Of a DNA stretch of 32,000 bases, positions 16,680-25,797 are shown in pieces. The notes under the pieces are model-generated. The model saw only the letters and a list, made by a program, of their open reading frames with translations, was not told the origin of the DNA and did not search any database. The stretch is from Candidatus Baldrarchaeum yapensis (GTDB taxonomy: Archaea > Asgardarchaeota > Baldrarchaeia > Baldrarchaeales > Baldrarchaeaceae). The position numbers and the translations under genes are program-made. The stretch covers positions 1-32,000 of the forward strand of contig JAEOSH010000016.1 in assembly GCA_016840465.1 (NCBI GenBank), written 5' to 3'. Positions within the stretch are counted from its first letter, which is position 1. Every line of letters starts with the position of its first letter.

Positions 16680-17384
16680 TTAGATTAGGCGGCTTATTAT
16701 TGCCAAGAATACGACCGCCAGCAATAACATCGCAATTGCGGCTATTATCAACAATATGAGTTCGCTCTCGGAGGGGTAATGAGGCATCTGCTCGGGGTGT
16801 GCTAGAAGTTCACCAGCTGTTTCTGGCGATATCACATCTCCCTTCACCGATGCACTTATTATGCTAATTATCGGTTCGGGCTCCTGCAACAGGTCGCCAT
16901 AAGCAGAGGGATCCGCCGGGTCTTCTCCCGCATGCTTTCTAAGGAAATAGCGCACCCACACCTCCTCGAGCAACGCACTGGATAAAAAATACTGTCTCAC
17001 CTTATCGGCGTATACTACGATATTGTCAGTCACCTGATCGTACATTATGGAGTAGGTAATGTTTCTTATCCTCACAAAGAACGGTCTGTTTTTCAGATAG
17101 TTTTTTAACGACCTCCAAAAGTCCTTGAATGCTATACGAAGGGCGTACTCGAGGTCGGTGAGATGTGATGGAACTTTTACTGGGCTTACTTCTATGAGGT
17201 CTCGGACGGTGAGGGGTTTCATGCAGAGGGGGCATGTTCCCTTTTCTTTTAACCACTGCATGATATGATTCTTATGACCCTTTACGTGACAGTACGGGCA
17301 TTCTACGATGGCATCGCTTTCCTTCAACACCTTAAAACATATTATGCATCTCTCCTGCTCGCGATCCTCGGCTCCTTCGCTCAT
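16680..17384 (-). CDS. RING-finger protein with a C-terminal transmembrane anchor
   Basis: C13-x2-C16, C29-x2-C32, H37-x2-H40, W44, C51-P-x-C54; terminal ILLIIAAIAMLLLAVVFLAIISRLI*. Confidence 0.82.
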   Translation of the reverse strand: MSEGAEDREQERCIICFKVLKESDAIVECPYCHVKGHKNHIMQWLKEKGTCPLCMKPLTVRDLIEVSPVKVPSHLTDLEYALRIAFKDFWRSLKNYLKNRPFFVRIRNITYSIMYDQVTDNIVVYADKVRQYFLSSALLEEVWVRYFLRKHAGEDPADPSAYGDLLQEPEPIISIISASVKGDVISPETAGELLAHPEQMPHYPSESELILLIIAAIAMLLLAVVFLAIISRLI

Positions 17385-17601
17385 TTTGAACGTCTCCGCA
17401 ATTTTTACTCCTTAAGTGCGCAGATGACATCGTGAGACGCACAGTCATGTTATTCTTACCATCCGGTTTAAGAAGTCTTTCTGATGCGGTGTTTTCAAAG
17501 ATTCCTCCAAACATTTGCCTCAAGTACCATAATGTTGTGTAATTGCCGCGAGTAGTCTTTTTACAAACTTGAAATGCAAATGCATTACAGATGATGCGTC
17601 A

Positions 17602-17620
17602 CTTTAATTTCACATTAAAG
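17602..17620. promoter_or_regulatory. Palindrome upstream of the HTH regulator
   Basis: CTTTAAT-TTCAC-ATTAAAG, a perfect 7-5-7 inverted repeat ending 11 nt before the GTG start. Confidence 0.45.
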
Positions 17621-17631
17621 CGTAGGAATTT

Positions 17632-18849
17632 GTGTTACTATCGCGTGGAAGGCTTCGGAAAGGGGGAAGAGTGGTGCTAGGAACCAGCATCGGGCGGGAG
17701 GTCACGGAAGTACTTAATAGGTATCGCATACACCCCGACACTCTGGCATCGTGGTTTAGATTGATAAATTTAAACGATAAACCATCCATTGGAAAAACTG
17801 AGCGACGTATCATGGCAATTTTGGCCGTTGCTCCTACCTTATCGAACAGGCAAATATCAAGAATTATCGGGATAAGTGAAAGTAGTGTTGCGTATCACAT
17901 GAAAAAGTTGAGGAATAAGTATGGCCTATGCGTAATGTCGCATTTTAACCCCTGTTTGGCGGGTTTAGAAAACATCCTAGTAATATTAAGAATGCCTCGT
18001 GATCGAGAGAGCAGAAGATTCCTCGGAAATGTCAATTCAAAGTTTTTGATGCTTGCGATGCGAGGGTCTCCTGACAGCGAAAAATATCAAGGCTATCTGC
18101 TTATGTATGCCGTTCCGAGGAATATAGGGACTAAAAGATTCATGAAGGAGTTCTGTGACGTTATCGGATCATACAAAGGGGAGGTCTATGCCTTCACGAT
18201 CAAGGGTGTGTTCACGGGAATCAACTTCGCGCTTCCGTATATTAGCACGTGGAAAGTTCCGCGCAACTGCCGTAATTACGATGCTAGTGAACTGACTCAT
18301 TTCCTTTCTGGGGACATTTTCTGGTATTCCGATAATGGGCATATCAGAGATAAAATAGATCTTCTCCTTTTTCTGCTAAAATCATACGACTTCAAAATGC
18401 GAAGTTCACAACTTGTCACACTGATGCACCGCATATTAGGCAAACGTCTATGTGATGCCGCTGTGAGGAGAAGAGTTAGGAAGTTGTCCGCAATGAACGC
18501 ATGGAGACCCTTCATTTGTTTCCGGAGACTAGGGCTCGACTCTTGTGTTGTATTGAATTTAATAGGGGATTTCGAGACGGTTGCCAGCATAATTATGAGT
18601 GCTTCTTGTTGTTTTCCTCAGTACTTTGCGTACATTCACGAGAAGGGTGCAGTTTTGCTGATCAACGTCTCACGTGCACTACTGGGGGAGATCAGTAAAA
18701 GGATTATGTCATTTGTGGAGGGGTGTGATGATCACCATTTCCTTGTAAGCTACGACAATGCGTTACCCCTGCTCAGGCTAGAAGTCATTGATATGTGGAG
18801 CAACGAGGAGAGGGGATGGCAAGTCGCCAGCATTTTGCGGAACACTTAA
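17632..18849 (+). CDS. Lrp/AsnC-like regulator with two HTH modules
   Basis: HTH1 ERRIMAILAVAPTLSNRQISRIIGISESSVAYHMKKL; a weaker second HTH-like segment ending LCDAAVRRRVRKL; each is followed by an alpha/beta domain. Exact start is uncertain. Confidence 0.65.
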   Translation: MLLSRGRLRKGGRVVLGTSIGREVTEVLNRYRIHPDTLASWFRLINLNDKPSIGKTERRIMAILAVAPTLSNRQISRIIGISESSVAYHMKKLRNKYGLCVMSHFNPCLAGLENILVILRMPRDRESRRFLGNVNSKFLMLAMRGSPDSEKYQGYLLMYAVPRNIGTKRFMKEFCDVIGSYKGEVYAFTIKGVFTGINFALPYISTWKVPRNCRNYDASELTHFLSGDIFWYSDNGHIRDKIDLLLFLLKSYDFKMRSSQLVTLMHRILGKRLCDAAVRRRVRKLSAMNAWRPFICFRRLGLDSCVVLNLIGDFETVASIIMSASCCFPQYFAYIHEKGAVLLINVSRALLGEISKRIMSFVEGCDDHHFLVSYDNALPLLRLEVIDMWSNEERGWQVASILRNT

Positions 18850-18952
18850 AGATTTGGTCGAGATTATAAACACTGTAGCTGGTAAATACCGATGCAGAAT
18901 ACTTTTTACGTGTCTTCGACCTTTGAAACTTTAACCACATGGAGGAGTTATC

Positions 18953-19816
18953 TTGAGCCAAAAGTATCGTGGGGCCCTTGCGGACCTTTTAGGGAATACG
19001 CTCGGAAGGGACAAACGGCTTCTGATAGCGGATGTATTTCTTCGCCATATCGAGGCAACTTGTAAGAAATGTCTTTCGAACAGAATAGTATGTGCGACAA
19101 GGCCCATTTGCGGAAAGGACAGGCCATTTTGCTCGATTCTCGTAGAAATAAATGCTAAAGATCTCATTAGTGAGTTCTGTTACAGGTGGATGCTGGTATC
19201 AGTACGGCAGACGATTCTTGGGAAGAAAATACTTCAAGACTTGTGCGTGTACGCGAAAGACCTGCCACATAGTATTGATAGGAAGAAAAAGCGCCTTCCG
19301 GAGGGTACCTCTTTTAATAAAATTGTCGAGGATCTCGCTGAGGCTTTGCGCGCGAATCACATAAAGTTTCATGTCGAGAACAGGGACATGGTGGCCGCGA
19401 TCGTCTCAGACAATTTCCTAGTATTGATAGATGGCGAAAAGGGAATTGCCCGGGTGAATCCGCGTAATTACGCGTTTTCGAAAAAGGAAGAAATAGAGGC
19501 AGTTTTGAAGGGAATGTCCGAGATAGAGGGAGTTAAACTTGATATTCGAGAGGAGTTCGAGGGTCTTTTGATATTAGAATTTGAACTTTCCAAGATCTCG
19601 CCACATCGCGCCGATGAAATAAAAGATTTACATGTGCCGCCCGAACTTGAAAAGTTCTGCCACCACATCGGGGTTACACGCTCAGATAACTCCGTGAAGG
19701 TGATAATAGACCTGCTGTTGAATCCCTTTCCGTCCATAACGGCTGGTGAGTTGATGAAGGTTTTTGATGTGATAAAGAAGCTGAGGACGGTGTTTTCTGC
19801 TGAGGAGAGGAGGTAG
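18953..19816 (+). CDS. Hypothetical protein with an N-terminal Cys cluster
   Basis: TTG start with GGAGGAG upstream; CKKC..C..C..C..C within about 45 aa; first gene of a tightly spaced run. Confidence 0.75.
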   Translation: MSQKYRGALADLLGNTLGRDKRLLIADVFLRHIEATCKKCLSNRIVCATRPICGKDRPFCSILVEINAKDLISEFCYRWMLVSVRQTILGKKILQDLCVYAKDLPHSIDRKKKRLPEGTSFNKIVEDLAEALRANHIKFHVENRDMVAAIVSDNFLVLIDGEKGIARVNPRNYAFSKKEEIEAVLKGMSEIEGVKLDIREEFEGLLILEFELSKISPHRADEIKDLHVPPELEKFCHHIGVTRSDNSVKVIIDLLLNPFPSITAGELMKVFDVIKKLRTVFSAEERR

Positions 19817-19821
19817 AGGAA

Positions 19822-22800
19822 TTGAAGGATGAGAAACCAACTTTAACACTCGTGCGGCAACTAGGAATGAGTGATAGAGAGGCTACCATTTACGAGGTTT
19901 TACTCAGATCGGGTGTGCTGACATCAGGTGAGATTTCCGCATTAACAGGTTTTCCGCTGGACGATGTTGAACGGACATTGGCTTCATTAGCGAAGAAAAA
20001 TGTGGTTTTGAAGGTTCCAGGGATCATTGACCGTTACGTGGCGATGCCTCCATTTATGCTCCTTGGCGAGACTTTGAGTACATGTAGGGAGGAGATTTTG
20101 AAGGCATATAAGCAGTTTTCTGACGTCATAAAGCGCATAGAGGGAGAAATAACGAAATTAGCCAAAGATTTCAGGGAAAATTCGAAGAAAATACTGGAGG
20201 ATGGTGTTAAAACTGTTAGTGAGAGGATTCCCGAGTTAATGAAGGACTTAGAGGAAATCTTATCTGAGAATCTCGAAAAGATCTCAAAGGACTTGGAAGA
20301 AGTTGAGAATAAGATAACCAACGTCATAGAGAGAGCCATAAAAGGCATATCGTCGGTTGTGAAGGAGGCTAGAAGTAGCGCGGAGCGAAGCATTTCGAAC
20401 GGAGAAAGAGCTTTAGTGGGAGTACTAGAAAGGACATTAGAGGAGGTAAATTCGACGATTGAGGAAAAGAGTGCGGAGCACGCCTCCGCCGGTCAGGAAG
20501 TTCTGGACGGTTTCCATGTGGAGGTCGAGAGGATAACGGGTGATGTCAGTAAGCAACTTGAGGCCCTCAAAAGCAACCTCATTGAGAGGGTTTCGGGAAT
20601 TCGATCCGACTTCTCAGAGACTTTTAAGTCCATGCTCGAGCGCTTTGAACAAATTTCTGCAGAGTTCACAGAGGTTTTGGAGGGATTAATGACCGGCATC
20701 GAGAGGGACGTACCGGGATCGCTTGGAAAGGTTCTCGAATTGCACCGAGACGTATTAGCAAAGACTAAGGAGAATATCAGTACTACCCTGTCAGAGGTCT
20801 TATCGCGTGTCCAGAGCGGAATTGCGTCCATGAAACGTGATATAACTACTTTTCTTACGGAGACCACAATGACTGAAGAGCAACAGCTCGGAGACCTTGA
20901 GAAGATGATCGATAACTTGCTCAAGGAGTTGCGAGAGACGTTGGATAACGCCTTTAATACAATTTCCAGTACAGTTGCCGGTGCAACAAAGCACGCGAAG
21001 ACAATGATAGAGCAAAACGCGAGAAGCCTAGTCGTTAAGGTCGCGCAAGTTGCCAGATCGTTCATAAATGCCTATTACACACACGCTGTGAGGTTCCGAG
21101 ACTCTGTGCTGAGCGCCATTTCAGACGAGTTTGATGCTCTAAAAGTGGAGTTTGACGGATTAAGGAGGAATCTCACGGAGAAAATAACGGATATTCTTGA
21201 AACCTACAAGAGCGGCTCTAATACTGTGATCAGAGAGATAGAAGGATGGGCCAGCACCACATTTTCGGATATAAGTGCAAATATGGAGAAATTCAGGTCA
21301 GATATCATTAAGATTATAAAGCAGACGAGAGATGCCGTTAATAAGAGAATTTCATCGGTTGCGATTGATAAAGATGTTTTCGGTGATCTCAATCAGGGAC
21401 TGGCGAGGATTTCGGATCTTGCAAAAAGAGCGCTTACTGGCATCATTAGTAATCTTGAGACCCATATCAACAGGCTCACTGATGTGTTGCACAGTTATAT
21501 CTCCTCTCAAATTTCAAGCCTGCGAGCAAGAATTGAGGCAGCCATGCATGAGGTGGAGGGGGCATCGGATCCCGTTAAATTTATGAGCGAAACTCTTGCG
21601 GAAATTGAGGAAATAATACGTACGATGGATGAGGGACTGAAGCAGAAGGTGAGTTTCGAGTTATCGAGGATGCGTCAGTCCGTTGACAGACTTTCATTAA
21701 CCCTAGAGAGCGATGTTGACACCTGGCAGAGGGATTTGGAACAACTTGTCGAGGACATTATGGGACAGATAAACTCGATGCTGAACTTTTCGGTAGATGT
21801 CGTGACTCGCACAATGGAAACTGCCGAGAGGAGAATTTCTTCATCTATGGAAGGTTTACAAAAACTCGTGAGCAGGTTAATAGAACACACGAAGAAGCAG
21901 ATAACATCCATAGTCAGTAGCGAAATCAGGGGGATTGAAAGAGAGACTGAAGCCTTCATTAACGGGCTGAAGGATACTTTTTCAAAATTCATCGAAAGTA
22001 TTTCGATGCTCGGTGGAAGAATTGGCGAGAAGATAAAGTCGGAACTTGAGTTTCTGAAGAGAATGGAGGAGATGGGCAAAAAGTTGGATGATGCGATAAT
22101 GGAGGTGTTTTCAGAGTATCAGAGTTCAATGGTCAAGGTCTTCGACGAGAGCGAGAAGGCAATAGAGTTGGCATTAGACAGCCTCAGGGAGTTAGACGAG
22201 GAAATAATAAGCGTCAGGAAGAGTTTTGAGAAGTCTTTCAAGTCGTTCATCGATGATGTGAAGCGCAGGATCGACGGCGCTGTAAAAGCCCTAGAGGGAT
22301 GCTTTGATGACGTTAGTAAAAGCATAGAGGATGCCATTCAGGAGGTGATGAAGATAGTTTCGCAAAATACCGACAGTTTAGAGAGGAGGGTCGATGGATT
22401 ATTCACCAGTGCAAGAAAAGAGATTATAGATAGGGCGAAGGAGAGGATAAGCAAATGTCACGATAGGATAATCAAAGTTGGTAGGCTGTACGCGGAAGAA
22501 TTGAAAACCGAGTCCTCCGCTATGAACTCGCTCCTCTCTGATATGCAGAACTCCCTTGATGTCTTAATATCGACTGGTACTAAGAATATTCACACTACGA
22601 TGACCTCGATAGAGGAAAAGGTTAGAAAGATGATGAGTGAACACACTGTAAAGGTAAAGAGCGCTCTTGATGACGTTAAAAAGAAGTTAAATGAAAGTAT
22701 AAACAACCTCGTTGCCAGCAGTAAAGATCTGCTGTCTAATATGAGTAAGGAAATAGGATCGACGCTAGACAACGTGAAAAAGAAGCATGAGGAGCTAGGG

Positions 22801-23538
22801 ACATCCATCGGGGCGGAAACGACCTCTACATTATCGAAAGTTTCGCCTCGTGTGTCTTCCCTCCTCGAGGAGTTTCGAAGAAAAGTAGAAGGAGATTTGA
22901 TGTCGGTTGCAAACGAAATATCTCTGAAGGCGAAGGCCCTTTCGCTGGAACTCGATGGCGCGGCATCGCAGATAATAGAGGGGGTTTCACGCGGATTGAA
23001 GCTTGCTCGCGTGGATGAACATATAAATGCTCTTGAGGATGAGATGAGAGATGCAGAAAACCTTATAAAGAGGCTACTGGAGGTTTCCGTGAGCATTGGA
23101 CCATATCTTGCGTCTAAAACGTGGTATTGCATCGGAGTAAATGCCATAATTGCACGTATCAGAGACATAATATCGAGAGCGGAGGAGAAGCTTGCAGTAA
23201 TGGCTCCACGGTTTTCTATGCTTGCAGATCTTGTGGATCCGCTATTGGAGGCCGGGCAGAGATGTAGAATTTTCGTGATAGCGGAAGTAAGCGATGATGA
23301 TGACCTGAAGGTGGCGGGCGAACTTTCAAGATCTGGGAACATACGAGTGAAAAGGGCGGCAACGGGCTCCTATTACTGTGTCCTAAGGGACGACAAAGAG
23401 GTTTTAGTGGCCCCGATGGAAGACGAGGATCGTGAGGCCATGGCTTTCACATCGCAACTGGATGGTTATGTATCGCTGATAAAGGAGATCTTTAACTTCT
23501 TTATGAGAAAGAGCACTAGGGTGATGCAGAAAAAGTGA
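19822..23538 (+). CDS. TrmB-family protein with a roughly 1000-aa alpha-helical insertion
   Basis: N-terminal TrmB wHTH (LGMSDREATIYEVLLRSGVLTSGEIS...RYVAMPP) and C-terminal TrmB effector-like domain (TWYCIG..IRDIISRAEEKL..RDDKEVLV..LIKEIFNFF) flank a Pro-poor amphipathic helical region of about aa 78-1099. Confidence 0.85.
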   Translation: MKDEKPTLTLVRQLGMSDREATIYEVLLRSGVLTSGEISALTGFPLDDVERTLASLAKKNVVLKVPGIIDRYVAMPPFMLLGETLSTCREEILKAYKQFSDVIKRIEGEITKLAKDFRENSKKILEDGVKTVSERIPELMKDLEEILSENLEKISKDLEEVENKITNVIERAIKGISSVVKEARSSAERSISNGERALVGVLERTLEEVNSTIEEKSAEHASAGQEVLDGFHVEVERITGDVSKQLEALKSNLIERVSGIRSDFSETFKSMLERFEQISAEFTEVLEGLMTGIERDVPGSLGKVLELHRDVLAKTKENISTTLSEVLSRVQSGIASMKRDITTFLTETTMTEEQQLGDLEKMIDNLLKELRETLDNAFNTISSTVAGATKHAKTMIEQNARSLVVKVAQVARSFINAYYTHAVRFRDSVLSAISDEFDALKVEFDGLRRNLTEKITDILETYKSGSNTVIREIEGWASTTFSDISANMEKFRSDIIKIIKQTRDAVNKRISSVAIDKDVFGDLNQGLARISDLAKRALTGIISNLETHINRLTDVLHSYISSQISSLRARIEAAMHEVEGASDPVKFMSETLAEIEEIIRTMDEGLKQKVSFELSRMRQSVDRLSLTLESDVDTWQRDLEQLVEDIMGQINSMLNFSVDVVTRTMETAERRISSSMEGLQKLVSRLIEHTKKQITSIVSSEIRGIERETEAFINGLKDTFSKFIESISMLGGRIGEKIKSELEFLKRMEEMGKKLDDAIMEVFSEYQSSMVKVFDESEKAIELALDSLRELDEEIISVRKSFEKSFKSFIDDVKRRIDGAVKALEGCFDDVSKSIEDAIQEVMKIVSQNTDSLERRVDGLFTSARKEIIDRAKERISKCHDRIIKVGRLYAEELKTESSAMNSLLSDMQNSLDVLISTGTKNIHTTMTSIEEKVRKMMSEHTVKVKSALDDVKKKLNESINNLVASSKDLLSNMSKEIGSTLDNVKKKHEELGTSIGAETTSTLSKVSPRVSSLLEEFRRKVEGDLMSVANEISLKAKALSLELDGAASQIIEGVSRGLKLARVDEHINALEDEMRDAENLIKRLLEVSVSIGPYLASKTWYCIGVNAIIARIRDIISRAEEKLAVMAPRFSMLADLVDPLLEAGQRCRIFVIAEVSDDDDLKVAGELSRSGNIRVKRAATGSYYCVLRDDKEVLVAPMEDEDREAMAFTSQLDGYVSLIKEIFNFFMRKSTRVMQKK

Positions 23539-23544
23539 TGGGCC

Positions 23545-24843
23545 ATGGCGGATGTAGCAGTATTACTGGCATATATGATACTACTGACCCTTGTTTACGG
23601 CGCGATAGTCAGCGAAGTACTTCCGAAAAGCGTAGCCGCTCTCCTAGGGGGAATTGCGGCAATAATAATCGGCAGGGTTGCGGGAATATTTGATGTTAGC
23701 GAGATAGTGAAATTCATAGACATGAAGGTGCTTCTCATAATAATCGGCATAATGATGTTTGTTGAAGTTGCTAGACGAAGTGGTATGTTTCAATTCATCG
23801 CACTATATATTATGAAGTTCGTGGGCTACAAGCCGAGAAGGGTGCTCATAATTCTATGTGTGCTGTCGGCAATGCTGTCAGCATTTATAGGGAACATAAC
23901 GGCGATGATTATAATCATATCTGTCACGACATTAACCCTGATACCACTGGGGGCAGACCCGATACCATTTCTCATTGCGATTTCCATAGTACTCGATCTT
24001 GGGGGCACAATAACTCTTATCGGGAGTCCTGTATCGATACTGATAGGATACTCGGCCAACTTCTCGTACATAGACTTTCTGATCTATTCGGCTCCCCTTG
24101 CGATGATACTTGTTTTGGTGCATATTCTATTTTTCCTGACGGTATTCAAGAAAACGATTCCACCTAGGTTTGATGTTGATCCGGAGATACTCGCTGAGTT
24201 GGATCCATGGATGGTAATAACAGATAGGGATCTCTTTTACAGATCGATTGCCATCTTCATCCTCACGGTAGTTCTCTTCATGACGTACGAGTTTCTCGAG
24301 TTATCTGCCGAGTTTGTTGCCCTAACGGGTGGTATATTGATGCTGTTCCTTGGATTGCGTGCAAGTGATCCCAAAGAGGTTTTTAAAGGAATTGAGTGGG
24401 AAGTAATCTTCTTTCTGCTGGGACTCTTTCTGCTGATGGGTGCGATTGAGAAATCAGGGCTACTAGAAGTGATTGCTGAGCAGGTAGTCCACCTCACGGG
24501 CGAGAACCTTCTCCTTACAATAATCTTAATAATGGGAGTGGCGTGTGTCCTTTCAGCGATGATCGATAACATACCAGTAACACTGATGATGATACCAATC
24601 ATAAAAACAATCGTCACCATGAGTGGTCTCCCAGCGACCCCTCTCTGGTGGGCACTCTTGTACGGCGTAATACTGGGTGGGAACCTGACGCCTATCGCCT
24701 CTCCCACAAAGATAATTGCTCTTACTGTACTCGAGAGAGAGGGATACAAAATTTCGTTTAAGGAGTTCATGAGGTATAGCATTCCGACTGTGCTCCTTTC
24801 CATGGCTGTAGCGGTTCCGTACCTCATGAAATTAGCGGGGTGA
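23545..24843 (+). CDS. ArsB/NhaD/SLC13-type (IT superfamily) anion or Na+/H+ permease
   Basis: LSAFIGNIT, GGTITLIGSPVSI, SAMIDNIP and LGGNLTPIASPTKII in a highly hydrophobic 432-aa protein. Confidence 0.9.
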   Translation: MADVAVLLAYMILLTLVYGAIVSEVLPKSVAALLGGIAAIIIGRVAGIFDVSEIVKFIDMKVLLIIIGIMMFVEVARRSGMFQFIALYIMKFVGYKPRRVLIILCVLSAMLSAFIGNITAMIIIISVTTLTLIPLGADPIPFLIAISIVLDLGGTITLIGSPVSILIGYSANFSYIDFLIYSAPLAMILVLVHILFFLTVFKKTIPPRFDVDPEILAELDPWMVITDRDLFYRSIAIFILTVVLFMTYEFLELSAEFVALTGGILMLFLGLRASDPKEVFKGIEWEVIFFLLGLFLLMGAIEKSGLLEVIAEQVVHLTGENLLLTIILIMGVACVLSAMIDNIPVTLMMIPIIKTIVTMSGLPATPLWWALLYGVILGGNLTPIASPTKIIALTVLEREGYKISFKEFMRYSIPTVLLSMAVAVPYLMKLAG

Positions 24844-25796
24844 TCTTATTGAGTGAGAAAAAGGCTAAGGCCAGAGAAGTGGAAGGACTGATGGAAAAAA
24901 TAATGGAAGAAGTCAGTAGGATGATGCCGGTCGTTGAGCCCCTAAAGCTAGCATTCGAGGTTCCATCCATCCAACACGTGGTTGCGCTTACGGGTGGTGA
25001 AAACCTCCACCCTAACACGGCAACCTTTGCTAAGGAGATTGCAAAGCGTCTGAATGCGGAAATCACAGTATTATTTCCCATGCGTGAGATCACTCCTGAT
25101 GATATCTTTAATGAACGTGCCGAGGAGGTTGCAAAGTATGCTGATGTGCTAAGAGAAGAAGGGATAAGAGTGAGGGAGTCTACCTGTTTTAAATATTCGG
25201 AATTAAAGGAGGTAGTTCAAGAGGTTAATACCAGAAAGGCCGATATGGTCCTTGTCCCCAAATGTTTGGGGGAGGAGGAAGTTAAGGAGAGATGCCACAT
25301 AAGCGATATCGTTCAGGTTCTGACAACCGAGTTGAACGTCCCGCTCTTCATAATAAGTGAGGAGGATATACTGCCCGTATCAATGCTTGATAATCTGCTC
25401 GTTCCAGTCAGACGTACTGACAGAAAGTTCGGAAACGTCGCGTTGAGCGCCGCACTTGCATCTAAGAAGGGTACTATTGAGATTTTCTCCGTCATAACTG
25501 AAGATGAAGTCGAGTCAGGGATGGAGAGTAGCGATAAGCAACGGAATCAGGTTATTAAATCGTTAAGAGAAAGAAGGGAGGCGTTCGTCACTTCTGTGGA
25601 AAAGGCTCTAGCAAAGTTCGTTTCCCCACAACGGATAAAGATGAGTGTGACTGTGGGTCATCTGGATGAGAAGATCATTGAACGCGCGGAGGAGACCAGG
25701 AGCGTGATCGTTGTCAATAAAGTGGGGAAAGTCGGAATAACCGGAATTTTAGAGGCATTAATGAGGGACGCAAAAGCTCTTATAATAGTGCCCTAA
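24840..25796 (+). CDS. Tandem universal stress protein (USP)-like domain protein
   Basis: HVVALTGG..FAKEIAKRLNAEITVLF, KADMVLVP, VLTTELNVPLFII, then a second repeat NLLVPV...; GTGA overlap with the permease stop. Confidence 0.65.
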   Translation: MILLSEKKAKAREVEGLMEKIMEEVSRMMPVVEPLKLAFEVPSIQHVVALTGGENLHPNTATFAKEIAKRLNAEITVLFPMREITPDDIFNERAEEVAKYADVLREEGIRVRESTCFKYSELKEVVQEVNTRKADMVLVPKCLGEEEVKERCHISDIVQVLTTELNVPLFIISEEDILPVSMLDNLLVPVRRTDRKFGNVALSAALASKKGTIEIFSVITEDEVESGMESSDKQRNQVIKSLRERREAFVTSVEKALAKFVSPQRIKMSVTVGHLDEKIIERAEETRSVIVVNKVGKVGITGILEALMRDAKALIIVP

Positions 25797-25797
25797 C

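Noticed and set aside
20034-23342. Long antisense ORFs (up to 250 aa) inside the giant TrmB gene
   Set aside because: Ser/Leu/Phe-rich mirrors of a Glu/Lys-rich sense strand; no independent motifs.
19822-23538. SMC/Rad50 or methyl-accepting chemotaxis call for the 1238-aa protein
   Set aside because: No Walker A/B, signature motif, zinc hook, hinge, TM segments or MCP signalling hairpin seen.
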